Origin: an uncultured Acidobacteriota bacterium
Lineage (GTDB): Bacteria > Acidobacteriota > Thermoanaerobaculia > Gp7-AA8
Direction: 5' to 3'
Assembly (NCBI GenBank): GCA_963741955.1
Contig: CAVUKB010000007.1
Coordinates: 96,001 to 160,000 of the forward strand
DNA length: 64,000 nucleotides
Shown here piece by piece: positions 1 through 9,765 of this stretch. Positions within the stretch are counted from its first letter, which is position 1, and each line of letters opens with the position of its first letter. A program made the position numbers and the translations under genes. Below the pieces are notes generated by a model that worked only from the letters and a program-made list of their open reading frames with translations, was not told the DNA's origin and ran no database searches.

Positions 1-1
1 C

Positions 2-715
2 GAGGGCCGCGATCCCGATGACGGGATGAGCGACATCGCGTACGAGAAGGGGTACCTCTTTCTCCGATCGATCGAGGAGACCGTCGGGCGGCCCCGTTTC
101 GACGCATTTCTTCGCCGCTATTTCGACACGTTCGCATTCCAGTCGATGGACACCGCACATTTCCTCGCCTGGCTGCGCGAGGACCTCGTGCGGGGTGACA
201 CCGCTCTCGAGGCGAAGCTCCGGATCCACGACTGGGTCTACGAGCCGGGGCTTCCCGCAGGAGCGCCGGTCATCGACTCCGTCCGTTTCGATGCCGTCGA
301 TCGCGCCATCGACGCCTTCGAGCGCGGAGCCGCACCGGAGTCTCTCGACGGCTCCCGGTGGAGCAGTCTCGAATGGGTGTACTTCATCCGCAACCTTCCC
401 GCGCCGCTGACCGTCGACCGGATGAAGGAGCTCGACGCCGCATTCCATTTCACGGGATCGGGCAATTCGGAGATTCTCTTCGCCTGGCTGATGCGGGCAG
501 TCGACGCGCACTACAAGGCTGCGTATCCGGCGCTCGAATCGTTTCTCGAGAGGATGGGACGACGGCAGTTCGTCGACGCGCTCTATCGGGAGCTGATCAG
601 AACGCCGGAAGGGAAGAAGATCGCGTTCGCGGTCTATCGAAAGGCCCGACCGGGATACCACATCATCACCCGGCAGTCGCTCGACGAGATTCTCGACTGG
701 AAGCCGGGGAGCTGA
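2..715 (+). CDS. M1 family aminopeptidase (leukotriene A4 hydrolase-like), C-terminal part; 5' end outside window
   Basis: Frame open from base 2 (EGRDPDDGMSDIAYEKG); the AYEKG motif and C-terminal 'GNSEI..W...GRRQFV..LY' resemble the LTA4H C-terminal domain. Confidence 0.85.
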   Translation, partial: EGRDPDDGMSDIAYEKGYLFLRSIEETVGRPRFDAFLRRYFDTFAFQSMDTAHFLAWLREDLVRGDTALEAKLRIHDWVYEPGLPAGAPVIDSVRFDAVDRAIDAFERGAAPESLDGSRWSSLEWVYFIRNLPAPLTVDRMKELDAAFHFTGSGNSEILFAWLMRAVDAHYKAAYPALESFLERMGRRQFVDALYRELIRTPEGKKIAFAVYRKARPGYHIITRQSLDEILDWKPGS

Positions 716-797
716 CCAGACAGGGACCTGTGCGGACCGAGCCGCGCCTGTCGCGGCCGGGCTTGCCTGACAGTGTGGCTGATCGCATCATCGTCGT

Positions 798-1661
798 ATG
801 AAGCCGAAGAGTGTGGCAGCGGTGGTCGAAGGCCGTCCGACCCGGGAAGGCGCCGGGTTTCTGGTGCATCGCCCCTTCCCGGGGCCGGAGCTCGACTGGT
901 TCGATCCGTTCCTTCTTCTCGACGAGATGGGTCCGATGGATCTCGCTCCGGGTGAGGCGAAGGGCGCGCCGGACCACCCGCATCGCGGATTCGAGACGGT
1001 CACCTACATGATTGCCGGAGAGATGGAGCACGGCGATTCCGCCGGCCACTCGGGAAAGATCGCGCCCGGCGACGTGCAGTGGATGACCGCAGGAGCGGGA
1101 GTGGTGCACTCGGAGATGCCCTCTTCGCGCATCCTGCGTGAAGGCGGGCGGATGCATGGCTTCCAGCTGTGGGTGAATCTCCCGAAGAGCGACAAGATGA
1201 TGGCACCGCGTTATCAGGAGGTTCCCGGCACGAAGATCCCGGAGGCGGAGGGCGACGGCATCCGAGTCAGGGTGATTGCCGGCGAAGCGCTCGGCGCAAG
1301 TGCGGTGATCGACACCCGGACGCCGATCGCGTTCATGCATTTCACGCTCGAACCAGGCGCCACCCTCACTCAGCCGGTTCCCTCCGGCTACGAGGTCTTC
1401 GCCTACGTCTTCGACGGAGAAGGGATCTTCGGAGAGGAGCACGTCGGAAGAGGGAGGATGGTGGTCTTCACGGACGACGGCGACGCAGTGGTCGTCAACG
1501 CTGCAAAAGGGTCAGATCTCCAGTTTCTTCTGATTGGCGGAGTTCCGATCCGGGAGCCGGTTGCCCGTTACGGCCCCTTCGTCATGAATTACAAGGCGGA
1601 GATTCTGCAGGCGATCGACGACTATCAGAATGGACGGATGGGGAGGATCGAGCCGGCTTGA
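798..1661 (+). CDS. Pirin family protein
   Basis: DPFLLLDE, HPHRGFETVTY, QWMTAGAGVVHSE, GFQLWVNLP and YGPFVMN motifs. Confidence 0.95.
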   Translation: MKPKSVAAVVEGRPTREGAGFLVHRPFPGPELDWFDPFLLLDEMGPMDLAPGEAKGAPDHPHRGFETVTYMIAGEMEHGDSAGHSGKIAPGDVQWMTAGAGVVHSEMPSSRILREGGRMHGFQLWVNLPKSDKMMAPRYQEVPGTKIPEAEGDGIRVRVIAGEALGASAVIDTRTPIAFMHFTLEPGATLTQPVPSGYEVFAYVFDGEGIFGEEHVGRGRMVVFTDDGDAVVVNAAKGSDLQFLLIGGVPIREPVARYGPFVMNYKAEILQAIDDYQNGRMGRIEPA

Positions 1662-1733
1662 AGTTTCACCTCGCGGCGGGAACGTACGGCTTCCGGATTT
1701 CCGCCGCCCGCGACCAGAAACGCAACCCCCGAC

Positions 1734-3266
1734 TCACTGCGGAAGAGTGAACCAGAAGGTCGCCCCTTCATTCGGAGATCCGCTCGCTCGCACGCTGCCT
1801 CCGTGAAGATTGACGATCCGCTGCACCGTCGCCAGCCCGATGCCGCTCCCGCTGAACTCTTTCTCCGAGTGTAGTCTCTGGAACGGAGCGAAGAGGCGGT
1901 CGGCACGTGCGGGCTCGAATCCGGCGCCGTTGTCCCGTACGAAGATCCCGACCTCCGTCTTTTCTTCCCGTTCCATTCCGAGCTCGATCCGCGCCTGTTC
2001 GCGCTTCGACGTGAATTTCCAGGCGTTTCGAATCAGGTTCTCGAGCACGATCCGGAGCAGTCCGGGATCGCCGCGGACCCACAGATCTGCAGGCAGCACG
2101 ATCTCGACCTCCCGTTCCGGCTCCTGACTCCTGACGTCCGTGACGATCTGCTTCGCGAGCGGAACCAGATCGACGGCGCTCGCGGCCAGAGGCGTCCGCG
2201 TGATGCGAGACAGACGAAGAAGATCTTCGATCAGCTCGTTCATCCGTACCGCGCCCTCGTGGATCCGTTGCAGGTAATCGCGTCCGGTCGCGTCGAGCGA
2301 ATCGCCATACTCCAGCACCATCAGATCGGAGAAACCCTGGATACGGGTTATCGGGGCCTGAAGGTCGTGGGAGACCGAGTACGAGAACGCCTCCAGCTCC
2401 TCGTTCGCGCTCCGCAGCCGTCGTTCTCTCGACTCCAGATCGCGGAACAGGAGGTCATAGGGCCGTTCGATCCCCGTGGCAATCACCGCACGGTAAATCA
2501 GCACCATCGCGACCAGCTTCAGAAGATGTCCGATCGTGTTCCAGAGCCCGTAGACGTCGACATACAGGGTGAACGCCAGCTCCGAGACGACCAGGGTGAG
2601 GATCGCCGTGATCAGGAGTGCCGAGATCTCCGGCGGAAAGACATCCCTCTTCCGGTAAAGCCCGACCGCACCCAGAGCCAGCAGGAGGGAGATCACGTAC
2701 TCTGCGATCACCTTGAATTCCGTGAGCCCCTTTCCCGGGACGTAGCACGCGGGAAACACGCCCGCGAAGATGGTGATCAGAAGGAAGAGTGCCGCCGCGA
2801 GAGACGCGGTGAGCGCCCAGGGTCCCCGAAGCCGCCGGGAAATGAACAGCGGAGCGACCGCGATCGCGACTGCTTCGATCGCGCGTCCGGCGATCCAGAG
2901 CTGAGTCGGGAGGTCGGCAGACCGGGAGGGGAACACGCCCATCCCTTCGTACGCGAGCGTGTGCAGCAGATCGATCAACCCCACTCCGAGGAAAGCGCAC
3001 CCGATCAGGAGGAGGTAGTGCTCCGTGACGTAGTGTCTCGAATGCCACGCGATCGCGAAGATCCCGGTGGCGACGACAATGCTGAAAAGTTCCACGATGC
3101 TGTGGAAAAGAAGATAGCTGACCAGGTTGGTCGCGGCGATTGCGATGAGCGCCGCCGCAACCCCGACCACCGTCCCGATCGTCCGCACCGAACCCCGCTG
3201 CGTGCGTTCGGGAGAGGTACGAGATTGGGATCCCGAAAGTGATTCGGTCGAAGTGGTCAAGTTCAC
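1734..3266 (-). CDS. Membrane sensor histidine kinase with MASE3-type N-terminal domain
   Basis: Multi-TM N-terminus (YLLFHSIVELFS, DLLHTLAYEGMGVF); H-box SHDLQAP, N-box NAWKF, G-boxes DNGAGF/GSGIGL; GTG start with GGAGG RBS. Confidence 0.9.
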   Translation of the reverse strand: MNLTTSTESLSGSQSRTSPERTQRGSVRTIGTVVGVAAALIAIAATNLVSYLLFHSIVELFSIVVATGIFAIAWHSRHYVTEHYLLLIGCAFLGVGLIDLLHTLAYEGMGVFPSRSADLPTQLWIAGRAIEAVAIAVAPLFISRRLRGPWALTASLAAALFLLITIFAGVFPACYVPGKGLTEFKVIAEYVISLLLALGAVGLYRKRDVFPPEISALLITAILTLVVSELAFTLYVDVYGLWNTIGHLLKLVAMVLIYRAVIATGIERPYDLLFRDLESRERRLRSANEELEAFSYSVSHDLQAPITRIQGFSDLMVLEYGDSLDATGRDYLQRIHEGAVRMNELIEDLLRLSRITRTPLAASAVDLVPLAKQIVTDVRSQEPEREVEIVLPADLWVRGDPGLLRIVLENLIRNAWKFTSKREQARIELGMEREEKTEVGIFVRDNGAGFEPARADRLFAPFQRLHSEKEFSGSGIGLATVQRIVNLHGGSVRASGSPNEGATFWFTLPQ

Positions 3267-3296
3267 GGTCCTCCCGGGCGATTCTAGTCCTCAACC

Positions 3297-3340
3297 GATC
3301 CGCTTTCGCAGTAGGACAGTTTCTACCGCGCAGACTCCTA
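3297..3340. repeat. Repeat family B, one terminal fragment
   Basis: gatccgctttcgcagtaggacagtttctaccgcgcagactcc recurs at ~11698, ~25300 and (reverse) ~32691. Confidence 0.8.
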
Positions 3341-3456
3341 GCCCGGATTTCTCGCACCGTCTCGTCGGAAGGACGAGGGGAGCTCGAAGCAAGCGCAACG
3401 GCGACGGAGAGACCGCTCTCCGGCTCCGCAGCGGAGACGGCGTGAGGAATCCGGGC
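3341..3456. mobile_element. MITE-like family A copy (reverse orientation), flanked by TA
   Basis: TIRs gcccggatttctcgcacc / ggcgtgaggaatccgggc; TA at 3339-3340 and 3457-3458; similar to the reverse complement of 32856-33031. Confidence 0.7.
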
Positions 3457-3469
3457 TAAACTATCGCTC

Positions 3470-3856
3470 ATGCTCTGTCCGGTCTGTGCCTCCCCGCTGA
3501 TCGTCGTCGAGCGAAGCGGGATCGAGGTCGACTACTGCATTCGCTGCCACGGCCTCTGGTTCGACGCCGGTGAGATCGAGCTTCTGGCCTCGAAACTCGG
3601 CCTGGCGGAGCCGGACATGAAACTCCGGAAGGCGGAAACCACCGAGGCGGTTCGTCTCTGTCCGCGCTGCGACGCGAAGATGGGGAAGGTCGAGGTGGAA
3701 GGTCGGGCCATCGTGACACTCGACGCGTGTACCCGCGGGCACGGTTTCTGGTTCGACCGCGGCGAGCTGGGAGCTCTGTTCGAGACGGGCCAGCGCCAGG
3801 ATGCGTCGGTCCGTCACGCCGTGGTGACGTTTCTCGGAGAAGTCCTTGGCCGATGA
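3470..3856 (+). CDS. Double zinc-ribbon (zf-TFIIB-like) protein
   Basis: Two repeats of CPxC...C..CHGLWFDAGE / C..GHGFWFDRGE. Confidence 0.85.
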   Translation: MLCPVCASPLIVVERSGIEVDYCIRCHGLWFDAGEIELLASKLGLAEPDMKLRKAETTEAVRLCPRCDAKMGKVEVEGRAIVTLDACTRGHGFWFDRGELGALFETGQRQDASVRHAVVTFLGEVLGR

Positions 3857-3925
3857 AGGATGCAACCGGACGCGGCGTCCGACGTACAATGGAGTGATCC
3901 ACAATAAAGGATCGGAGGTGGCGAT

Positions 3926-4486
3926 TTGATCGCACTCGTCGTACTTCTCGTACTCGCCGTCATCGCGGTAGGCGTCGTGATGGCGTTTTACAACGGTCTG
4001 GTTCAGGCCAGGAACGAAGTGAAGAATTCCTGGAGCCAGATCGACGTCCAGCTGAACCGCCGGCACGATCTGATCCCGAATCTCGTGGAGACGGTCAAGG
4101 GCTACATGCACCATGAGAGGGAGACGCTCGAAGCCGTTACCAAGGCGCGCCAGCAGGCGATCCAGGTCTCCGGCTCGAACATCGAAGAGCGGGCGAAGGT
4201 GGAGAATCAGCTGAGCCAGACTCTCCGTTCTCTCTTCGCGGTGGCCGAGAGCTATCCCGACCTGAAGGCGAATCAGAACTTTCTCGCGTTGCAGGAAGAG
4301 TTGACCTCTACGGAAAACAAGATCAGCTTCGCGCGCCAGTATTACAACGATTCCGTGATGAGGCTGAACAACAAGACCGAGATGTTCCCGACCAACATCA
4401 TCGCCGGGATGTTCAACTTCAAGGCGGCGGAGTTCTTCCAGGTCGAGACTCCCGACATCCGTCAGGCCGTGAAGGTCCAGTTCTGA
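3926..4486 (+). CDS. lemA: LemA family protein
   Basis: N-terminal TM; [35 protein letters not shown] and RQYYNDSV motifs. Confidence 0.95.
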   Translation: MIALVVLLVLAVIAVGVVMAFYNGLVQARNEVKNSWSQIDVQLNRRHDLIPNLVETVKGYMHHERETLEAVTKARQQAIQVSGSNIEERAKVENQLSQTLRSLFAVAESYPDLKANQNFLALQEELTSTENKISFARQYYNDSVMRLNNKTEMFPTNIIAGMFNFKAAEFFQVETPDIRQAVKVQF

Positions 4487-4499
4487 TCCTCCAACCGCG

Positions 4500-5774
4500 A
4501 TGACCAGTCAGGCTTCTCCCGCAGCGGGGCCGGCGCGCACGGCGCCGCCCGCCTCCATGTCGATGTTCGACCTCGTACGGTCGAATCAGCGCCGGACCGC
4601 CGTGCTCGTCGTGGTGATGGCGACCTTGATGTTCCTCCTCGGGTACGTGATGGCCGAGGCGGTGCAGCCTGGAGCCGGAATCCTCGGCTTTCTGTTCGCC
4701 CTGATCGTGTGGCTGGTCATGACCCTGGTGGCGTGGTTCAGCGGTGACCAGATCTTCCTCTCGCTCAGCCGCGCGAAGAAGATCGAGAAGAGCGATCATC
4801 CGGTCCTCTTCGACGTGGTGGAGGAGATGTGCGTCGCGTCCGGGATCGCGAAGATGCCGGACATCTACATCATCGACGACGCCGCGATGAACGCATTCGC
4901 GACCGGGCGCGACCCGAACCGCGCGTCGGTGGCGGTCACCGCCGGTCTGCTGCAAACGTTGAACAGGGACGAGCTGCAGGGAGTGCTCGGTCACGAGCTC
5001 GGACACGTCAGGAACCGGGACATTCTCTACCTGATGATGGCCGGGGTGATGGTCGGTACGATCGTGATGTTCGCCGACGTGGGGCTCCGCTTCTTCGGTT
5101 ACGGTGGATACACCCGCAGCGCTCCCCGGCGCTCGTCGAAGGACGGAGGACAGCTTCAGCTGATCATTCTGGTGGTGGCCATCCTCCTGATGATTCTCGC
5201 GCCGCTCCTCGCGCGCATTCTCTATCTCGCCATCTCCCGCCGTCGCGAATACCTCGCCGACGCATCGTCGGCCGTCTTCACCCGCTACCCGGAAGGACTC
5301 GCGAACGCTCTGGAGAAGATCGGCCATTCGACGGCGAAGCTCTCGCACACCACGCAGGCCATGGCTCCGATGTACCTGGTCAATCCGCTGAAGGTCACCG
5401 CGGCCGGGCTTTCAGACCTCTCCAGCACCCATCCGCCGATCTCGGAGCGCATCCGGATTCTCCGTTCGATGGGCTCGACGGCGGGCTTTCGGGAGTACGA
5501 CACCGCGTTCCGGCAGGTCACCGGTCGCGCGGTCGGTGTCGTGCCGTTCGCTGCGACCGCCACCGCCGGCGCGTCGGCTCCGACCCGCGAAGCCGCTCCC
5601 GGCCAGGGCCACCTCGAGCGCGTTCGCCAGGTCACCGATGCGCTCTGGAAGATCAACGACTTCGCGTTCATCGCGTGCGCCTGCGGCACGAACCTCAAGA
5701 TTCCGCCCGCCCTGAAGGGTCAGACCATCACATGTCCGCACTGCGGACGGACACACGTAGCCGGACAGAGTTGA
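4500..5774 (+). CDS. htpX: HtpX/M48 membrane zinc metalloprotease with C-terminal zinc ribbon
   Basis: NAFATG, HELGH, SRRREYLADA, STHPP; C-terminal CACG...CPHCG. Confidence 0.88.
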   Translation: MTSQASPAAGPARTAPPASMSMFDLVRSNQRRTAVLVVVMATLMFLLGYVMAEAVQPGAGILGFLFALIVWLVMTLVAWFSGDQIFLSLSRAKKIEKSDHPVLFDVVEEMCVASGIAKMPDIYIIDDAAMNAFATGRDPNRASVAVTAGLLQTLNRDELQGVLGHELGHVRNRDILYLMMAGVMVGTIVMFADVGLRFFGYGGYTRSAPRRSSKDGGQLQLIILVVAILLMILAPLLARILYLAISRRREYLADASSAVFTRYPEGLANALEKIGHSTAKLSHTTQAMAPMYLVNPLKVTAAGLSDLSSTHPPISERIRILRSMGSTAGFREYDTAFRQVTGRAVGVVPFAATATAGASAPTREAAPGQGHLERVRQVTDALWKINDFAFIACACGTNLKIPPALKGQTITCPHCGRTHVAGQS

Positions 5775-5981
5775 CCTGGATCATTCACGGTATTTCGTCG
5801 CTCCGCATCAGAAGCCCCGTGAAGAGTCCGGGTTGAACGTCGACGGTCGATGGTCGTCGAACGTACAACCGTCCAACTGACCGGATGGAACCTCACCGAC
5901 GGTTCACACGGATTCGCCCTTGCTGAGCGAGCCCGGGACCGGCACTCCCAACCTGCGACCCGTGTCGCATACAATCGCCCG

Positions 5982-6638
5982 ATGAAAGAAAGCTTCCTCC
6001 ACGCCCGTCAGCGTGTCTGGCAGTGCGCAACGCGCATGTGGCGAGCGGGTCTGGTGGTCGGCTCCGCAGGCAACATCAGTATGCGAATTCCGGAGGAGCC
6101 GGGGCTCGCGGCCGTGACGCCCACCGCCATCGAGTACGAGTTCATGCGTGCAGAGGAGGTCGGGATCGTGCGGATCGAGGATGGTGCGGTGGTCGACGCG
6201 ATCTGCGGTCCGACCAGCGAGATGCCGATGCACCTCGCGGTGCTCCGTGCGAGAGCGGACCTCGGCGCGATCGTCCACACCCACTCGCCATACGTATCGG
6301 TGCTCTCGGTGCTGCGCAAGCCGCTGCCGCCGGTGATCGACGAGATGGTGCTCTACTTCGGAGGTACGGTCGAAGTCGCGGAATACGCGGTGGCCGGAAG
6401 TGAGGAGCTCGGTGAAAATGTCGTTCGGGCTCTCGGGGAGAGCAGCTCCGTCATTCTCGCGAATCACGGAAACGTCTGCACCGGATCCGACCTCGACGAA
6501 GCTCTCCACGTGGCGATCTCGATGGAATCGTGCGCCCGCGTCTACGTCGAAGCGATGAGGAGCGGCGAACCGGTGGTGCTCCCGGAAGCGGCGATCAGGC
6601 GGCTTCGGGCGCTTCACGAGAGTCGTCGCCGCGGGTGA
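5982..6638 (+). CDS. Class II aldolase/adducin family protein (fuculose-1-phosphate aldolase-like)
   Basis: GNIS, TPT, PTSE..MH, HTHS and NHG motifs; start placed at ATG 5982 behind TACAAT. Confidence 0.88.
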   Translation: MKESFLHARQRVWQCATRMWRAGLVVGSAGNISMRIPEEPGLAAVTPTAIEYEFMRAEEVGIVRIEDGAVVDAICGPTSEMPMHLAVLRARADLGAIVHTHSPYVSVLSVLRKPLPPVIDEMVLYFGGTVEVAEYAVAGSEELGENVVRALGESSSVILANHGNVCTGSDLDEALHVAISMESCARVYVEAMRSGEPVVLPEAAIRRLRALHESRRRG

Positions 6639-6810
6639 TCCGTCCGTGAAGCCGGACTCGGGAATCTGAATCGGTGAGGGAGAATCCGTTCGCAACCTTT
6701 CCGCATTGCCGACCGTATACACCATGGAACATAGGTTCTCTCTCCCTCAATCGGGCGCGGGCCGAACGGTCCGCGCCCCCCTCTGAACTCCACGCAGTCA
6801 GGAGAATGGT

Positions 6811-9420
6811 ATGAAACGAACGAGCTCCTCTCTTGCCGCTGCTCTGTTGATCGTTCTCGCTACGGCGACCGCCCTCGCAACTCCTCCCGGACCGGGACGC
6901 CTCGACCCGAACGTCGGGCCGACTCTCGAGGTGGTCCACCTGAAGCTCGATCCTGCCAGTGAGAGCTACACCGGCTCGGTGCAGATCGACCTCCATGTCG
7001 AGAATGCCACCAGCAGGTTCCTCCTCAACGCGGACGGGCCGAAGATCACTCGGCTCCGGCTCGAATCCGCGAACAGAGTGATACCCGCGAAGTTCGAGCA
7101 GCAGGAGAAGGGGATCGTCCAGGTGACGACGGAGGAGCCGATCTCGGCCGGAAAGGCGACACTCTCGATCGACTTCACTGCTCCGTTCAACACCCGGGCC
7201 GTCGGGCTCTACCGCATGACGAAGGATGGCCAGGCATACGCGTTCACCCAGTTCGAGGCGGCGGACGGACGGCGAGCGTTTCCGATGTGGGACGAGCCGG
7301 CCTGGAAGATTCCTTTCGACCTGACCCTCACCATTCCCTCCAGGCTCGAAGCGGTGGCGAACACGCCGATCGAGAAATCGGTCGATGAGGGTGATGGCTG
7401 GAAGACTCTGCACTTCGCGGTGACCCGACCCCTTCCCAGCTATCTGGTCGCGATCGCCGTCGGACCGTTCGAATTCGTTCCCATCAAGGGTATGAAAGTG
7501 CCCGGCCGAGTGGTCACACCCGCGGGAGAGGCAGCGCTCGGGAAGATCGCCGCGGAAGAGACCCCCCGGATCATCGCGGCGCTCGACCGCTATTTCACCA
7601 TCGACTATCCGTTCCGCAAGCTCGACCTGATCGCAGTCCCCGAGTTCTGGCCCGGGGCGATGGAGAATGCGGGTGCGATCACGTACGCCGACAACATTCT
7701 CCTTCTCGACCCGAAGAGTGTCACTCCGGACCAGATGCGCAACCTGATCCGCGTCACCGCGCACGAAGCCGCACACCAGTGGTTCGGTGACCTCGTGACC
7801 ATGCAGTGGTGGGACGACCTCTGGCTCAATGAGTCGTTCGCCGACTGGATGGGAGACAAGATCACCAGCGAGCTCGCTCCGGAGTACGAGCACGACCTGG
7901 TGGAACTGCAGAGCATTCAGGGAATCTACAACCTCGACGCGCGAGCCTCCGTCGGAGCGATCCGTCAGAAGGTGACCTATGCCGACGAAGGGCTCGCAGA
8001 TGTCGGGCTCGCGTACGACAAGGGGAAGGCAGTGCTGCGGATGGTCGAGCAGTGGGTCGGCCCGGAGACGTTTCGTCGTGGCATCATCGCCTATCTTCAC
8101 CAGCACCAGTGGGGCAACGCCACCGGATCGGATCTCTGGTCCGCCCTCGCGAAATCCTCCGGCCAGGACGTCGCCGGGCCATTGAAGACGTTCCTCGATC
8201 AGCCGGGATTCCCTCTGATCGACGTGACGCTCCTCGACGGCGGAAAGGTCAGGCTCCGGCAGCAGCGCTTCGTCAACGCGGGAGTCGACTCCCCCGCCGA
8301 ACAGTGGACCGTCCCGGTCTTCCTCCGCTATTCCGACCGAACCGAAGTGAAGTCGCTGACGGTTCTCCTTTCGAAGCCTGAACAGACATTTCAGCTGGAC
8401 GCGAAGAAGATCGATTGGATCGATCCGAATGCCGATTCCAACGGCTACTACCGCTGGAACGTCGATCGGGCCATGATGCATCGGCTCGCGAAGCACGCTT
8501 CCGAATGGCTCGACCCCCGGGAGCGAATCGCATTCATCGGCAATCTCTCCTCACTTCTCGACGGCGGATTCATTCATGGCGACGACTATCTCCAGATGCT
8601 GGGCGAGTTCGCGAACGATCCCCAGCCGCGGGTCCTGACCGCAGTTCTCCAGGGACTGGCCAAAGTCGATCGAGCTTTCGTGAATGAATCGGATCGTCCC
8701 GCTTTCGCGCGCTATCTTCGAAAGACTCTTCGCCCGGCCCTCGACCGCTACGGGCTCCAGAAGAAGGCCGGTGAAGATGCAGTCGTCACCAGCTTCCGGC
8801 CGCAGCTGCTGGAGTGGCTCGGAATCGATGCGGCCGATCCGGAGATCCGTGCGTTCGGGAAGAAAGCGGCCACGAGCTACATCAAGGATCCGTCGTCGAT
8901 CGATCCTGCCATCGCCGGGGTGGCGCTGAGAATCGCGGCGGCTGACGGCGATCAGGCCCTCTTCGACACCTTCCGCAAAGGAATCGAGACCGCTGAATCG
9001 CCCACCATTCGCGCCCAATACCTCGGCGCGATGTCCGCATTCGATGATCCGAAACTGAGGGCCGAGGCTCTCGATTACGCATTGCACGGCGGCCTTCGTC
9101 CGAACGAGTTGTTCCGCATCCCATTCGGCGCCATGAGAACCGACGAAGCCCATCGTGTGGTGTACTCCTGGTTCACCTCGAATTACGACGAGCTCACCGG
9201 ACGCATCCCTCCGGCCTTTCTCGGATTCATGCCGCAGATCGCCGCAGGATGCGACGCGAAGACATTGGCGTCTGCGGAAAAGTTCTTCTCCGAGGAGCGG
9301 CACCGCACTGAGGAGACGGAAAAGACCATGAAGCGGGTCGAGGACCAGGTGAACGACTGTGTGAATCTCCGCAATCGGGAAGGCTCACGCGTCGCGAAAT
9401 ACCTCGCGACGGTGCAATAG
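6811..9420 (+). CDS. Secreted M1 family aminopeptidase N with ERAP1-like C-terminal domain
   Basis: Signal peptide; TQFE, GAMEN, HEAAH-x18-E (WLNES), AYDKG. Confidence 0.93.
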   Translation: MKRTSSSLAAALLIVLATATALATPPGPGRLDPNVGPTLEVVHLKLDPASESYTGSVQIDLHVENATSRFLLNADGPKITRLRLESANRVIPAKFEQQEKGIVQVTTEEPISAGKATLSIDFTAPFNTRAVGLYRMTKDGQAYAFTQFEAADGRRAFPMWDEPAWKIPFDLTLTIPSRLEAVANTPIEKSVDEGDGWKTLHFAVTRPLPSYLVAIAVGPFEFVPIKGMKVPGRVVTPAGEAALGKIAAEETPRIIAALDRYFTIDYPFRKLDLIAVPEFWPGAMENAGAITYADNILLLDPKSVTPDQMRNLIRVTAHEAAHQWFGDLVTMQWWDDLWLNESFADWMGDKITSELAPEYEHDLVELQSIQGIYNLDARASVGAIRQKVTYADEGLADVGLAYDKGKAVLRMVEQWVGPETFRRGIIAYLHQHQWGNATGSDLWSALAKSSGQDVAGPLKTFLDQPGFPLIDVTLLDGGKVRLRQQRFVNAGVDSPAEQWTVPVFLRYSDRTEVKSLTVLLSKPEQTFQLDAKKIDWIDPNADSNGYYRWNVDRAMMHRLAKHASEWLDPRERIAFIGNLSSLLDGGFIHGDDYLQMLGEFANDPQPRVLTAVLQGLAKVDRAFVNESDRPAFARYLRKTLRPALDRYGLQKKAGEDAVVTSFRPQLLEWLGIDAADPEIRAFGKKAATSYIKDPSSIDPAIAGVALRIAAADGDQALFDTFRKGIETAESPTIRAQYLGAMSAFDDPKLRAEALDYALHGGLRPNELFRIPFGAMRTDEAHRVVYSWFTSNYDELTGRIPPAFLGFMPQIAAGCDAKTLASAEKFFSEERHRTEETEKTMKRVEDQVNDCVNLRNREGSRVAKYLATVQ

Positions 9421-9424
9421 GGCT

Positions 9425-9595
9425 ATGGCGCGGGCCGGCTTCGGCTCGCGTCGACATTTCGTCTCTTGCATGCGTCGGAGCAGACTCTCCAGTTCGGGCG
9501 AAGAGTCGAGACCTGGCCCCATTGAGGGTCTCGACTCTCCGGACTGGTGAGCTTCACGCGGTCGACGGAGCCTCTTTGCTCCGCGCGGCCGCCAT
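9425..9595. other. ~170-nt long imperfect intergenic hairpin
   Basis: Nested complementary blocks atggcg/cgccat, cgtcgac/gtcgacg, ccagttcgg/ccggactgg, agagtcgagacc/ggtctcgactct. Confidence 0.55.
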
Positions 9596-9765
9596 TTCAA
9601 CCCGTGTTCGCCAACATGACTGAATTGTCATAGAGGCGCGCATTCCCGCGAAAATGTTCGCTTCCCCGGTCGCGTAAACGGCAAATTGGTGAAATTTGCG
9701 GGGAATCCCGTGTTAACCAATCGACATTTGACCCGATCGGGCCCATCTTCCTTCCGAGGCACGGT

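Noticed and set aside
5775-5960. ncRNA in hairpin-rich spacers (also 10560-10770, 19730-19990)
   Set aside because: Only isolated imperfect hairpins, expected at this GC content; no motif or repeat support
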